64,000 nt of DNA from Tepidisphaera sp. (GTDB taxonomy: Bacteria; Planctomycetota; Phycisphaerae; Phycisphaerales; UBA1924), in contig CP051526.1 in assembly GCA_050916045.1 (NCBI GenBank), forward strand, positions 832,001 to 896,000, read 5' to 3'. The notes below the pieces were generated by a model that worked only from the letters and a program-made list of their open reading frames with translations, ran no database searches and was not told the DNA's origin. Positions 18,865 through 28,749 of the stretch are shown piece by piece. The first letter of the stretch is position 1; every line of letters begins with the position of its first letter. Made by a program: the position numbers and the translations under genes.

Positions 18865-19207
18865 TCGGTCGATGATAGGGTCTGGATTCCTGTCGTGCTT
18901 CGGACTTGCCGGGAACCCGTCCGGCCGTAGAACGAATAGGACACAAGCCGGCGCTCGGACCGTGGATTCACGGGCCGGGCGTGCGGCTGGGTCAGGCCGG
19001 GGGCGGGTGTCTCAGGCTGACTATGGTTGCTGGAGAGCGCTCGTTCGAGCGTTTCTCGTCGCGTCGATCTCTCGCACCGGCTTTGTTCCATGTCCACGCT
19101 CCGCGGAAACCGATGAGGTGACAGCTCGGGTGGTCTGGTTGGAAGGTCGAGGGATGGGGGCTTGGGTTTTGAGGTGGGTCTGAAGGTCTGATCGAGGAGT
19201 TCTTGAC

Positions 19208-20290
19208 ATGGCACACGCCCGTTCGCAGTCCCGAGGTTTCTCGCTGATCGAGCTTCTGGTGGTTATCGCCATCATCGCGTTGATCATCGCCATCGTGCTC
19301 CCCGCGCTGGGCGCGACGCGGGACATCGCCCGCAAGACCGCCACGCGCCAGCTCATCGAACAGCTGACCGCCGCCTGCTCACAGTTCCGCAACGACCAGC
19401 GCCGCATGCCGGGGTACTTCACGCCCCGCGAGATGGGCTCGGTCGAGAACGGCAACCGCGGCCTCAGCGGCGCCGAGAACATGATGCTCGACCTGCTCGG
19501 CAGCCCCTCGTCGGTCTCGACGACGCGTCCCGGCAACGCCGCAAACTACATCCAGGTCGGCCCCATGGCCAGCCGCGAGGTGTGGGTCGACCCCGATCAG
19601 CTCGGCACCGGCAAGTCCGGCGGCTACTTCACGCCCACCGGCACCAACTACAAAGCCCAGATCCGCGGCACGCAGCAGATGGTGCTTGATCCCGGCGGCT
19701 CCGGCCACGCCGGCGCGACCGAAGACGACCGCCAGCTCAAGGACATCGTCGACGCCTGGGGCCAGCCCCTGCTCGTCTGGTCGCTCGATGAACAGTCCGC
19801 GTTCCCCGTCGAGAACATCGACGACTTCGCCCGCATCTCCCCGCAGGGGAACAACGGGTACGCCCGTTTCTACGTGAACCAGAACTCCTGCTTCGTCAAC
19901 GCGACGCAGCTCGGCAGGAAGGCCACGAACCAGACCGACGCGGACAAGGGAAGCATGCTCTCAACCGAGGTTCCCGCGAACCGCGCGGCCACGTCCCTTG
20001 CGGGCATGGCGGGCCAGCCCTCAAGCCTCCGTTCGCAGGACGCCACCGCGAACTACACCAACATGCTCCCCACGCAGGGCCGCGGCACGCTGATCGTCCA
20101 GTCCGCGGGGTCCAACGGCACGTACCTGGGCCGCAGCGAGCGCGGCGGCAAGAACGCCAACGGCATCCTCTACTTTGGCCTCAACTTCAAGGGCGTCGAC
20201 AACCAGCCGCTCCAGAACAATTCCGGCGGCAACCAAGCGGCCGACCTCCGCGAAGCGTTCGACGACATCATCGCCGCCGCCGGCAACTGA
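19208..20290 (+). CDS. Prepilin-type N-terminal cleavage/methylation domain protein (pilin/pseudopilin-like)
   Basis: RGFSLIELLVVIAIIALIIAIVLPAL; DAWGQP; SAGSNG; GAGGAG RBS. Confidence 0.9.
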   Translation: MAHARSQSRGFSLIELLVVIAIIALIIAIVLPALGATRDIARKTATRQLIEQLTAACSQFRNDQRRMPGYFTPREMGSVENGNRGLSGAENMMLDLLGSPSSVSTTRPGNAANYIQVGPMASREVWVDPDQLGTGKSGGYFTPTGTNYKAQIRGTQQMVLDPGGSGHAGATEDDRQLKDIVDAWGQPLLVWSLDEQSAFPVENIDDFARISPQGNNGYARFYVNQNSCFVNATQLGRKATNQTDADKGSMLSTEVPANRAATSLAGMAGQPSSLRSQDATANYTNMLPTQGRGTLIVQSAGSNGTYLGRSERGGKNANGILYFGLNFKGVDNQPLQNNSGGNQAADLREAFDDIIAAAGN

Positions 20291-20321
20291 CCGCACCGTC
20301 CGACATCACGCAACCTTCCAC

Positions 20322-20349
20322 AAACCCCGGGCCCGACCCGGGGTTTTTC
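20322..20349 (+). terminator. Rho-independent terminator
   Basis: aaaccccggg-loop-cccggggttttt. Confidence 0.8.
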
Positions 20350-20425
20350 ACGCGCCGCCGCACACATCTGTGCCACGTTCGCCCCCCGCTTGACGCCGAG
20401 TCCGCCACGTGTCAGCCTGTAGGCA

Positions 20426-22996
20426 TTGCGCCAGGATTCGAGCCATCCCGAGCGGTCCGCTGTCTTGCTCCCGCCGAGCCTCGCGGCGCGGCGTCGCGCG
20501 CTGGCGGCGGTGCTCGCATGGATCTGCGGCACGCTGATCGCTTCCGCCCTCGCGGTGCCGGCGTGGTGGTGGTGGGCGGGCGCGAGCTTCGCCGTCCTCG
20601 CGTCGGCGCTCCTTCGCGGACGCGGCTCGCTCCTCGCGTGCGCCTTCGCCGCTGCGTTCCTCGCGGCCGGATGGTTCAGTCACCGCATCGATTCGCCCGA
20701 TCCGCTCGCGCTGAACACCATCCTCAAGCAAGCAAGCCACGCACCCGATCACCCGACGCTGATCACCGTCCACGCCACGATCACCGAACCTCCGCGCTTC
20801 GCGGATCCCGCGCCCGGCGTGCTTTCTCGCTTCGCCCCGTCGCAGTCCCCGCGGCTCCGCATGATCGCCCGAGTTCGCTCGATCGAGACGGCCGAGGGGT
20901 CGGTGCGAGCACACGGCGAGATCTCGGTGTGGATCGAGACGGACAAGCCGCCGGACATGGACCTCGGCCACGGCCGGCCCGTCAAGCTCACCGGCATCTA
21001 CACGCCGGTCACCCCCGCGCTCAACCCCGGGCAGCCCGACCGCGTCCGCCTCGCGCGACAAGCAGGCCGCGTCGGCTCGCTCTCGCTCACAAGCACGTCG
21101 CTCATCCTCCCCGCGCGGCACGACTCCTGGTCCGACCACGCCGCCGCCGCATCCCGCCGATTCCTCGCGATGTTCCGCGAGCGTGCTTCGCGTGCTCTCG
21201 ACGCCGCGACCCCCGAGGGCGAATCGCGTGCCCTCGTGAAAGCTCTCATCCTCGGCGAAGGCGATCCCGGCCTCGACGAAGCCGCCGCGATCTTCTCGCG
21301 CTTGGGCATCGTCCACATCCTCTCGATCTCGGGATTCCACGTCTCCGCCATGGCGCTCTTTGTCTCATTCCTCGTCCGCTTGCTCGGCGAACGCGGCCGG
21401 TGGCAGACGGCGCTTCTCGCCCTGCCGATCTTCGCGTACCTCCTGCTCGTCCCCGCGCAAGCCCCGGTGCTGCGAGCGGGCGTCCTCGCGCTGGTCATCA
21501 TCCTCGCCGAGCTCGCTTCCCGCCGCTACGACCAAGCGACGCTCCTCCTCTGGACGTGCATCGGCCTGCTCATCTGGCGGCCGATGGATCTCTGGTCGCT
21601 GGGCTTTCAGCTCTCCTGCGGCATGACCCTTGCACTGCTCTGGATCGGCCCTCTCGCTCACGACAAGCTCTGGGGCGCCCGCGTCATCATCCCCGGTGCC
21701 TGGCGCCGCGTCACACCCCTCCGGCTCTTCACCGGCGCCCTCACCTCCGCCGCGAGCGTCTCGCTCCTCTGCTGGTCCCTCTCAACGCCCCTCGTCGCCT
21801 GGCGCACGGGCCAGGTTTCGCTCCTCGCCGTGATCGCAAGCGTGCTCCTCGCCCCCGTCTTCGCCGCCCTCATGTACCTCTCCTTCGCCGCGCTTCTCAT
21901 CGGCATCCTCATCCCGCCCGTCGCAAGCGTCGTCTCATGGACGGTCGGCGTGGCGGTGGGGGAGCTCGCCCGCCTTGCCCTCGCTCTCGCTTCCGCCCTC
22001 GACGCGATCCCCGCAAGCTCATTCCTCTCCCCGCCCATCCCCTGGTGGGCCGCCCTCGCGCTCACCGCTTCCATCCTCTGGTGGTGGGTGCGCGGCGACC
22101 GCCGCTCGCCGGTGTCGTGGGCCGTCGCCGCGGCGAGCGTCGCGATCCTCGCCGCCGGGATCACGCTTACCACCCGCCTCCCGCGCGATGTCATCCTCCG
22201 TCTCGACACCCTCGCCGTCGCCGACGGCTCCTGCCACATCGTCCGCTCCGGCGATCAAGCTCTCCTCTGGGACTGCGGCTCGCTCCGGCCCGGCGTCGGC
22301 GTCCGTGAGCTTCCCGCCGCCATGCGGGCTCTGGGGATCTGGCGCATCCCGACCGCCGTCATCTCCCACGGCGACTACGACCATTACGCCGCACTCCCTG
22401 ACCTCGCCGATCGCATCGGCCTGAGGCGTGTTCTCGTCGGCGACCGCTTCCTCGCCCGCGCCGCCGCTTCACCCGAAGGCCCCGCCGCCGCGCTCCTCCA
22501 AGCCCTCCGCGAACGCTCGATCGACGTCATCCCGATCTCCGCCGCCCACCACGAAGCCCTCGGGCCGGTGCGCATCACCTTCCTCTCGCCGCCGGCTTCC
22601 GCCCCGTGGCCCACCGAGAACGACCACTCCCTCGTCGCCCGCTTCGACGCTGAGCCCGACGCCCCCGCTCTGCTTCTCCTCACCGGCGACATCCAGTCCG
22701 CCGCGATCGCCTCCCTCCGAGACCGCTTCCCCGACCTCCAAGCCCGCGCCGTGGAAGCCCCGCACCACGGCTCCAACCGCTCCGACGCCGCCGCCTGGGT
22801 CTCCTCCCTCTCGCCCCAAGCCGTCGTTCAGTCCACCGGCGTCACCCGCGCCTTCGCCGCTTCCGCTTCCGTCTGGGACGACGTGAAAGCCCGTTCCCGC
22901 TGGATGACAACCGCCCGCGACGGCGCCATCCGCATCGACATCCCGCGACAGGGCCCCCTCCGCGCCTCCGCCTTCCGCCTCGAACCCGCGCCCTAA
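20426..22996 (+). CDS. comEC: ComEC/Rec2 DNA uptake protein with C-terminal metallo-beta-lactamase domain
   Basis: GIVHILSISGFHV, APVLRAG, LGFQLSC, many TMs, WDCG, ISHGDYDH, ENDHSLV, LLTGD, PHHGS. Confidence 0.9.
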   Translation: MRQDSSHPERSAVLLPPSLAARRRALAAVLAWICGTLIASALAVPAWWWWAGASFAVLASALLRGRGSLLACAFAAAFLAAGWFSHRIDSPDPLALNTILKQASHAPDHPTLITVHATITEPPRFADPAPGVLSRFAPSQSPRLRMIARVRSIETAEGSVRAHGEISVWIETDKPPDMDLGHGRPVKLTGIYTPVTPALNPGQPDRVRLARQAGRVGSLSLTSTSLILPARHDSWSDHAAAASRRFLAMFRERASRALDAATPEGESRALVKALILGEGDPGLDEAAAIFSRLGIVHILSISGFHVSAMALFVSFLVRLLGERGRWQTALLALPIFAYLLLVPAQAPVLRAGVLALVIILAELASRRYDQATLLLWTCIGLLIWRPMDLWSLGFQLSCGMTLALLWIGPLAHDKLWGARVIIPGAWRRVTPLRLFTGALTSAASVSLLCWSLSTPLVAWRTGQVSLLAVIASVLLAPVFAALMYLSFAALLIGILIPPVASVVSWTVGVAVGELARLALALASALDAIPASSFLSPPIPWWAALALTASILWWWVRGDRRSPVSWAVAAASVAILAAGITLTTRLPRDVILRLDTLAVADGSCHIVRSGDQALLWDCGSLRPGVGVRELPAAMRALGIWRIPTAVISHGDYDHYAALPDLADRIGLRRVLVGDRFLARAAASPEGPAAALLQALRERSIDVIPISAAHHEALGPVRITFLSPPASAPWPTENDHSLVARFDAEPDAPALLLLTGDIQSAAIASLRDRFPDLQARAVEAPHHGSNRSDAAAWVSSLSPQAVVQSTGVTRAFAASASVWDDVKARSRWMTTARDGAIRIDIPRQGPLRASAFRLEPAP

Positions 22997-23014
22997 GCCA
23001 CGTACCCTCCGCTC

Positions 23015-24121
23015 ATGTTCGTCATCCGCCACGCTTCCCTCACCGACCTCGACGATCTGCACTCCCTCGCCAAGCAGACGTTCTTCATCAACCTCCCCCC
23101 CGATCGCGACATCATCGCCCACAAGATCGAGCAAAGCACCGCCAGCTTCCGCCGACTCCTCACCAAAGCCCCCGCCGCGCCCACCACCATCCGCAGCGCC
23201 CCAACCGCCGACCGCCCCCACGCCGCCGGCATCAAAGCCCTCACCTCCAACTCCGACCTCTTCCTCCTCGTCCTCGAGGATGTCGAAGGCCGCGGCGTCA
23301 TCGGCACCTCCCAGGTCATCGCCCGTATGGGAAGCCCCGCCAACCCCCGCGTCTCGCTCGAACTCGGCACCCTCAGCCGCCGGAGCGAATCCCTCAAGAT
23401 CGAGTGGACCCACCAGACCGCCAAGGTCGCCCGCGACGACACCGGCCCCAGCGAGATCGGCGGCCTCATCTTGAACCACGCCTTCCGCGGCCACAAGCTC
23501 AGGCTCGGCCGATTCCTCAGCTTTACCCGCTTCCATCTCATGGGCCTCTTCCGCTCACGCTTCGCCGACCGCGTGATCGCCGAGATGCTCGGGCCCATCG
23601 ACAAGGAAGGCTACAACCCCTTCTTCGAGAAGTTCACGCGTCACTACATCCCGCGCTCCTTCGCCGAGGTCTACCGCTTCAGCCAGACGAGCAAGGAGTT
23701 CGTGACCGGCCTGCTCCCCACCGGCGCGATCGACCTCTCGATCATGGACCCCGAGGTCGCCAACGCCGCCGGAGCCGTCAGCGAGGACACCCTCCCCGCC
23801 CGCAAGCTCCTCGAACGCCTCGGCTTTGAGGACAAGGGCCACATCGACCCCTTGGACGGCGGACCGCACCTCGACGCCGTCACCGACAAGATCTCCCTCG
23901 TCCAAGCCACCCGCAAGCTCAAGGGCCTGGTCGCCGCCCCAGCACGCTCGATCAAAAGCCCCAAGGACCTCATCGTCAGCACGCTGAGCACCAACGCCGA
24001 GTTCCGAGCCGTGCAGACGCAGGGCCTCCTCACCCCCGCCGGGAAAGCCACACTCCGCCCCGACGCTCTCAAGCTCCTCGGCGACGGCCCCCACGCCACC
24101 ATCGGCGCGACGACGCTCTGA
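23015..24121 (+). CDS. astA: Arginine N-succinyltransferase family protein
   Basis: MFVIR...INLPPDRD, LFLLVLED, GPSEIGGLIL, GRFLSFTRF, VIAEMLG, LLERLGF, IDPLDGGP. Confidence 0.85.
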   Translation: MFVIRHASLTDLDDLHSLAKQTFFINLPPDRDIIAHKIEQSTASFRRLLTKAPAAPTTIRSAPTADRPHAAGIKALTSNSDLFLLVLEDVEGRGVIGTSQVIARMGSPANPRVSLELGTLSRRSESLKIEWTHQTAKVARDDTGPSEIGGLILNHAFRGHKLRLGRFLSFTRFHLMGLFRSRFADRVIAEMLGPIDKEGYNPFFEKFTRHYIPRSFAEVYRFSQTSKEFVTGLLPTGAIDLSIMDPEVANAAGAVSEDTLPARKLLERLGFEDKGHIDPLDGGPHLDAVTDKISLVQATRKLKGLVAAPARSIKSPKDLIVSTLSTNAEFRAVQTQGLLTPAGKATLRPDALKLLGDGPHATIGATTL

Positions 24122-24209
24122 CTGGGTCAAAAAAGAGACGACCGCGCCAGCGGTCGCCAAGTGTTCCTTTGAGACGGTCAGATACCCCGATCGCTCTCGC
24201 GATCGTCTC

Positions 24210-25499
24210 TCACATCAGCCGCTCGCGGCCCAGCTCTTCCACCAGCGCCTCGGCCAGCCGGTGATACTCATCCACCGTGTTGTACACCTGGGCGCTGATG
24301 CGGAGCACGCGCGTCGGTCCCGGCCGGTCCATCGTCTGGAAAGACCAGATCGGCACCACGCAACCGTGACGCTCAACCAGCGCATCCTGCAGCGCATCGT
24401 CGTACTTCGTCGGCCGAACGCCCGCGGGCGGATCGGGAAGCGGAAGCGTCGCCATCGTCCCCGTCATCGATTCCGGCGACGGGTCGGCGATGCCCAGAGC
24501 ATCGCACAGGATCCGCCGGCCCTTCATCACAAGCTCATGGTTCGCCGCGTACAGCGCATCCCACCCGCCGGGCAGAAGCCCGTCGAAGAACTCAATCGCC
24601 GCGGGCACCGAAAGCACGCCCGTGTAATCGTCCGTCCCCATGTAGTCAAAGTCGCGGAGGAACAGCGCCCGCTCCGGCCGAACCTTGTGGGCCCGGCTCG
24701 ACAAGCACACCGGCCGCATCGCCGCGTGCTTCGCCACCGGCACGTACAGGAACCCCGTCCCCTTCGGAGCGCTCACCCACTTGTGGAAGCTGCCCACGAA
24801 GTAGTCCGGATCCATCGCCGCGATGTCGACCGGGATCTGCCCGGGAGCGTGCGTGCCGTCCACCAGGATCTCAACGCCCTTGCTCTTGGCAAGCTTCACG
24901 ATCCGGTCGATCGGGAAGATCAGGCTGGTCGCGCTGGTGATCCAGGAGATCATCATGAGGCGCGTCCGGGGCGTCATCGCCGCGCGGATCGAGTCCACGA
25001 CCTGATCGTCATTGGCGATCGGGAACGGAACCTTCGCCGTGACGACCTTGACGCCCTTGGCGGCGGCGATCCGGCCAAGCTCGTTCAAGCCCGACATGTA
25101 CTCGTGGTCGGTGACGAGGATCTCATCCCCGGCTTTCCACTCGATCGAGTTGAAGACCGTCGCGATGGCGACCGTCGCGTTGACCATCGGAGCGATCGTC
25201 TCGGGGGGGCAGTTCACGAACCGCCCGACCTTGACCCGCATCTCGTCCATCAGGTTCTCAAGGTCGACCTTGTAAAACCGCACCGCGTCCCGCTCCACCC
25301 GCGCCCGAAGGTCGCTCTGGTACTTGAGCACCACGTTCGGCACCGCGCCGTAGCTCCCGTGATTCAGGAACGTCAGCGCCGGGTCGATCGACCAGTGGCT
25401 GGCCATGATCGATCGCGCCGAAGCACGCCCCGACCCGGAGGTCACGGCGGTCGTCGCGGAAGCGGTGGAGGACGGGCTGGTTCGTGCGAATGCGCTCAC
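24210..25499 (-). CDS. Aminotransferase class V PLP enzyme (isopenicillin N epimerase/EgtE-like)
   Basis: FLNHGSYGAVP, TDHEY, LVDGTHAPGQ, GSFHKWVSAPKGTGFLY, LRISAQVYN; start uncertain (GTG 25499 or ATG 25406). Confidence 0.85.
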   Translation of the reverse strand: MSAFARTSPSSTASATTAVTSGSGRASARSIMASHWSIDPALTFLNHGSYGAVPNVVLKYQSDLRARVERDAVRFYKVDLENLMDEMRVKVGRFVNCPPETIAPMVNATVAIATVFNSIEWKAGDEILVTDHEYMSGLNELGRIAAAKGVKVVTAKVPFPIANDDQVVDSIRAAMTPRTRLMMISWITSATSLIFPIDRIVKLAKSKGVEILVDGTHAPGQIPVDIAAMDPDYFVGSFHKWVSAPKGTGFLYVPVAKHAAMRPVCLSSRAHKVRPERALFLRDFDYMGTDDYTGVLSVPAAIEFFDGLLPGGWDALYAANHELVMKGRRILCDALGIADPSPESMTGTMATLPLPDPPAGVRPTKYDDALQDALVERHGCVVPIWSFQTMDRPGPTRVLRISAQVYNTVDEYHRLAEALVEELGRERLM

Positions 25500-25571
25500 G
25501 TTGCAAGTATCGGCATCCACCCCCGACTTTGACAAGCGATCACACAAGATTTCTGACCGACTTTCGCGACA

Positions 25572-26702
25572 TCACTGAAGCGTCTTCACGTCGCCCTTGG
25601 GCACCACCTGCGCCAGCGTCGGAAGCAGGTAGTTCCGCCCCCCGTACACGAACACCCGTCCGCTCACCTGCACCACCAGATCATCCCCGCGCGACGCCGC
25701 AAGCTCATCCAGCTTCTGCGCCATCCGGCACCGCAAAAGCACCATCGGTGCCGGCGCCGCCGACGTCGAATCCCCGTCAAAAGCCACCATCAGCGGACCC
25801 GAAGCCACCCGCGTCAGACGCGCCCGCTTGTTGAAAAGCACCGACCCCTCCGCCGTCACCGTCTCCGGCTTCTCTTCCGCTTCCACCGGCTTTTTGTCCG
25901 GATTTGCCTGCTCGCGCTCGGCCGAAGCCGCCGCCTGCTTGGTCGTAACCTCCGGCGCCTTCGCCGAACCGCGCTTGGTCTCAAGGTCGTTGATCAGGTC
26001 CGCCACCGCCGGATCCGAAGCCAGGCCCGTCGCCTTCCCGTCGCCCGCCCCCGCAGCCGTCTCCGCCGGCTTGCCACCCTTCGAAGTGTCCTCTGGGGTC
26101 TTCGCCTGCGCCGGCGCCTCACCGATCTGCCGATCCACCGAGTACACCGTCGGCAGGATGTACTGCCGGTCGAAATACACGTACACCTCGCCGCTCAGCA
26201 CCACCGTGGACGTCTCCGCGAAGACCCCCGGCGCGGCTTCAAGCCGGGCCAGCGTCTGCGTCGGCAGGACCACCATCGGGGCTTCGCCCCGACCCTTCGC
26301 ATCCCGCGCCGGCACAAACACCACATCGCCCGTGCTCGCTTTCACAAGCTTGCCCGACCGCTTGGACAGAAACGTCCCCTCCGGATAGAACCGCCGTTTG
26401 GGAAGCGACGGGTCCTCCTTGGCCAACCCCGGGATCGTTCCGGTCGTCTTCGGTGCCGCGAGCGGCTTGCCCTTTTCCGTCGTGGGCGTCAGCACCGCTG
26501 GCGTCTCTCGCGTCGGAGCGATCTTCGGCGGTTCGGCCGGCCGGATCACCGTCGGCTCCGTACCGGGTGTCGCCGCCGGGCTCGTCGCGGGCGCAGGCGA
26601 GGTCGGAGCCGGGCTCGGAGCAGGCGTCGCGGGCTGTGCCAGCCCCACGCCTGCGGCCATCATGACTCCACAAAGCCCACGTCCGATCATCCGTGCGTCC
26701 AT
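25572..26702 (-). CDS. Secreted hypothetical protein with a Pro/Thr-rich linker and two copies of an ~80-aa domain
   Basis: Signal peptide ...AAGVGLAQP; repeats EG..L..R...APMVxL...SGxVxVYxxRxYxLPT. Confidence 0.75.
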   Translation of the reverse strand: MDARMIGRGLCGVMMAAGVGLAQPATPAPSPAPTSPAPATSPAATPGTEPTVIRPAEPPKIAPTRETPAVLTPTTEKGKPLAAPKTTGTIPGLAKEDPSLPKRRFYPEGTFLSKRSGKLVKASTGDVVFVPARDAKGRGEAPMVVLPTQTLARLEAAPGVFAETSTVVLSGEVYVYFDRQYILPTVYSVDRQIGEAPAQAKTPEDTSKGGKPAETAAGAGDGKATGLASDPAVADLINDLETKRGSAKAPEVTTKQAAASAEREQANPDKKPVEAEEKPETVTAEGSVLFNKRARLTRVASGPLMVAFDGDSTSAAPAPMVLLRCRMAQKLDELAASRGDDLVVQVSGRVFVYGGRNYLLPTLAQVVPKGDVKTLQ

Positions 26703-26806
26703 GGTCCATCGTATCGGCGTTCGGCTCCGCCACGCGTCGCTATTGACCCCCGGCCCAAACCCTCGTAGCCTCTCCCCCGCGGCGCGGTCTTTCCCGCCGC
26801 CCACCC

Positions 26807-26887
26807 GGTCGGGTGCCAGAGTGGTCAAATGGACCGGTTTGCAAAACCGGTGCGCAAGCTTCGTGGGTTCGAATCCCACCCCGACCT
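26807..26887 (+). tRNA. tRNA-Cys(GCA) with a 12-nt variable arm; CCA not encoded
   Basis: Acceptor GGTCGGG/CCCGACC; anticodon stem CCGGT/ACCGG with loop TTGCAAA; T arm GTGGG-TTCGAAT-CCCAC; discriminator T. Confidence 0.92.
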
Positions 26888-27109
26888 TTCCCCGCCGCCC
26901 GCTTCAGGGTCGGCCGGACCCCCCGGTCCAACCCCCTCTACCCCAACCCGCGCCCACCCCTGCAGGTCCTTTTGGACCGTTTATGCCGTTGGTACCGCTT
27001 GGGCCCACCTTTGTGCCGTGTGGGGCCGTCGATTCGCTTGACTGCTTCTCCGATCGTCCCGATATCCGGACGTGTCGCTTGCTGCGATGAAGGAGAGGAG
27101 ATCAAGACC

Positions 27110-27949
27110 ATGAGAACGACGATCCCCGACCATGTCGCGCCCGTGCTGGTCCGTCTCGGACGCGGTTCGGCCATCTCCTCGGTCTTCGTCGCCGCGTGCC
27201 TGATCGTCCAGATGCTCGTCTTCGGCTTCGTCCACTTCACCGACGCCCGCTTCGAGCCCGCTCCGGTCGCCGAAACCCCGCCCCGCGTCGTCACCGCCAA
27301 GACCCCCGAAGCCAACCCCGAGCCCGCTCCGCTCGTCCCTCGCGTGCCCAGCCGCTGGGACTCGGTCATGCGCAACTTCGCGAGCACGGGCGCCTGGGTC
27401 GGCACCGTCGCATGCCTCATGCTCATGGCCCAGTTCACGCTCGCCGTCGCCGTGACCGCAAGCACCGCCGCTCCGGGCGTCGACCGGATCGTCTCGGCGT
27501 TCCACTGGGGACTGCTGGTGACCCTGGTCAGCCTGCCCCTCCACATGATCATCCCGGCTTTCCCCACCATCGGCGTCTTCGTCGGCTACGACACCATGGC
27601 CGCCGCCAGTGAGCGGGCCGTCGCCAACGGCGGCGACCCCATGCTCATCGTCAGCTTGGTCGTCGTCCCCTTCCTCGCGCTCTTCGCCCTCATTCTCGCC
27701 CACGCCCGCATCCGCCAGGGCATCCACGCCGGCGTCCTGGTCCAAAGCGTCAGCCAGTTCGACCAGCGGATCGAGGAGGAGATCGCCCGGGTCCGCGCCG
27801 AAGGCGTCGGAAGCAACATCGGCCCGCGGGCCATCGGCGTCGTCGGAGCCCCTGTCGGTCTTGCTCCGACCACGCCCGACCCCCAGGGCTCCGCGACGCT
27901 CCGCCGCGAGATCGACGACCTAGTGCGCGGCGGGCGCCGACCGATCTGA
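27110..27949 (+). CDS. Hypothetical membrane protein (about 4 TM)
   Basis: Four hydrophobic segments; GAGGAG RBS before ATG 27110. Confidence 0.75.
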   Translation: MRTTIPDHVAPVLVRLGRGSAISSVFVAACLIVQMLVFGFVHFTDARFEPAPVAETPPRVVTAKTPEANPEPAPLVPRVPSRWDSVMRNFASTGAWVGTVACLMLMAQFTLAVAVTASTAAPGVDRIVSAFHWGLLVTLVSLPLHMIIPAFPTIGVFVGYDTMAAASERAVANGGDPMLIVSLVVVPFLALFALILAHARIRQGIHAGVLVQSVSQFDQRIEEEIARVRAEGVGSNIGPRAIGVVGAPVGLAPTTPDPQGSATLRREIDDLVRGGRRPI

Positions 27950-28008
27950 TCCCGAGTCCACTCGGCAACCGAGGACGACCAAGAGCCCAGTACGGAAATG
28001 ATCACGAC

Positions 28009-28045
28009 AAAAAAGCACAAGGCCGACCCAGAGGGCCGGCCTTGC
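28009..28045 (-). terminator. Rho-independent terminator of the PEP-CTERM gene
   Basis: caaggccgaccc/gggccggccttg hairpin with an A-run on the + strand. Confidence 0.65.
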
Positions 28046-28068
28046 GTGACTTTCAGGAATCTGCGAAC

Positions 28069-28749
28069 TTAGCGGCGGCGACGGAAGGCAAGCACGCTAC
28101 CGGCGGCGAGAAGAGCCATCGAGCCGGGGGTCGGGACGATCGTGATCGACACGCCCGAACCGAAGACCTTCTTCTCGATGAAGGCGACGCCGCCCGCACC
28201 GGAGATCGCGACAAGGTCGTTGTCGACGACGACGTGGATCCGGGTCCAGCCGGGGTTCTGACCGGAGAGGTCAACGCCCGCTTCGCCGTTCCAGTTGCCG
28301 AAGCCCTCGCCCTGAATCGGGCTGCCGGGGTTCGTGACGATTTCATCGTCGAGGGTCACGCCCGTGTTGAGGTTCGTGACGAACAGGCCGCCGCTGGCGG
28401 AAACCTGGCCACCGTCACCCACGATGCCGTAGTCGCCGAACTCGGAGATGCGAATCCCAGAGATCAGGAAGCCGGCGTTGGCGAACAGGTCGAACTCGAG
28501 GCGGTCGCCCACCACGCTCGCGCTGCCGTTCACGGACTGCGCCCGGAAATTCGACGGAAAGAAGACGAACGTGTTGCCGTTCACGAGGACGGGGTTGCCG
28601 AAGCGACCCTCACGCGAGCCGCCGTTGGCCCAGGTGAAGTTCCCACCAGCCCCGTTCGGCTGATCCCAAGGAACGAACGCCAGCGCGGATCCGGCCGAAG
28701 CCGCGATCGCAGCCAGACCGGCCAGAGTGTAGATGCTGTTCAACTTCAT
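28069..28749 (-). CDS. PEP-CTERM (PTP variant) surface protein, paralog 1
   Basis: Signal peptide; C-terminus VPTPGSMALLAAGSVLAFRRRR. Confidence 0.9.
   Translation of the reverse strand: MKLNSIYTLAGLAAIAASAGSALAFVPWDQPNGAGGNFTWANGGSREGRFGNPVLVNGNTFVFFPSNFRAQSVNGSASVVGDRLEFDLFANAGFLISGIRISEFGDYGIVGDGGQVSASGGLFVTNLNTGVTLDDEIVTNPGSPIQGEGFGNWNGEAGVDLSGQNPGWTRIHVVVDNDLVAISGAGGVAFIEKKVFGSGVSITIVPTPGSMALLAAGSVLAFRRRR

Noticed and set aside
26888..28000. Genomic island integrated at tRNA-Cys
   Set aside because: No integrase and no duplicated tRNA 3' end seen; the downstream gene has host-like codon usage
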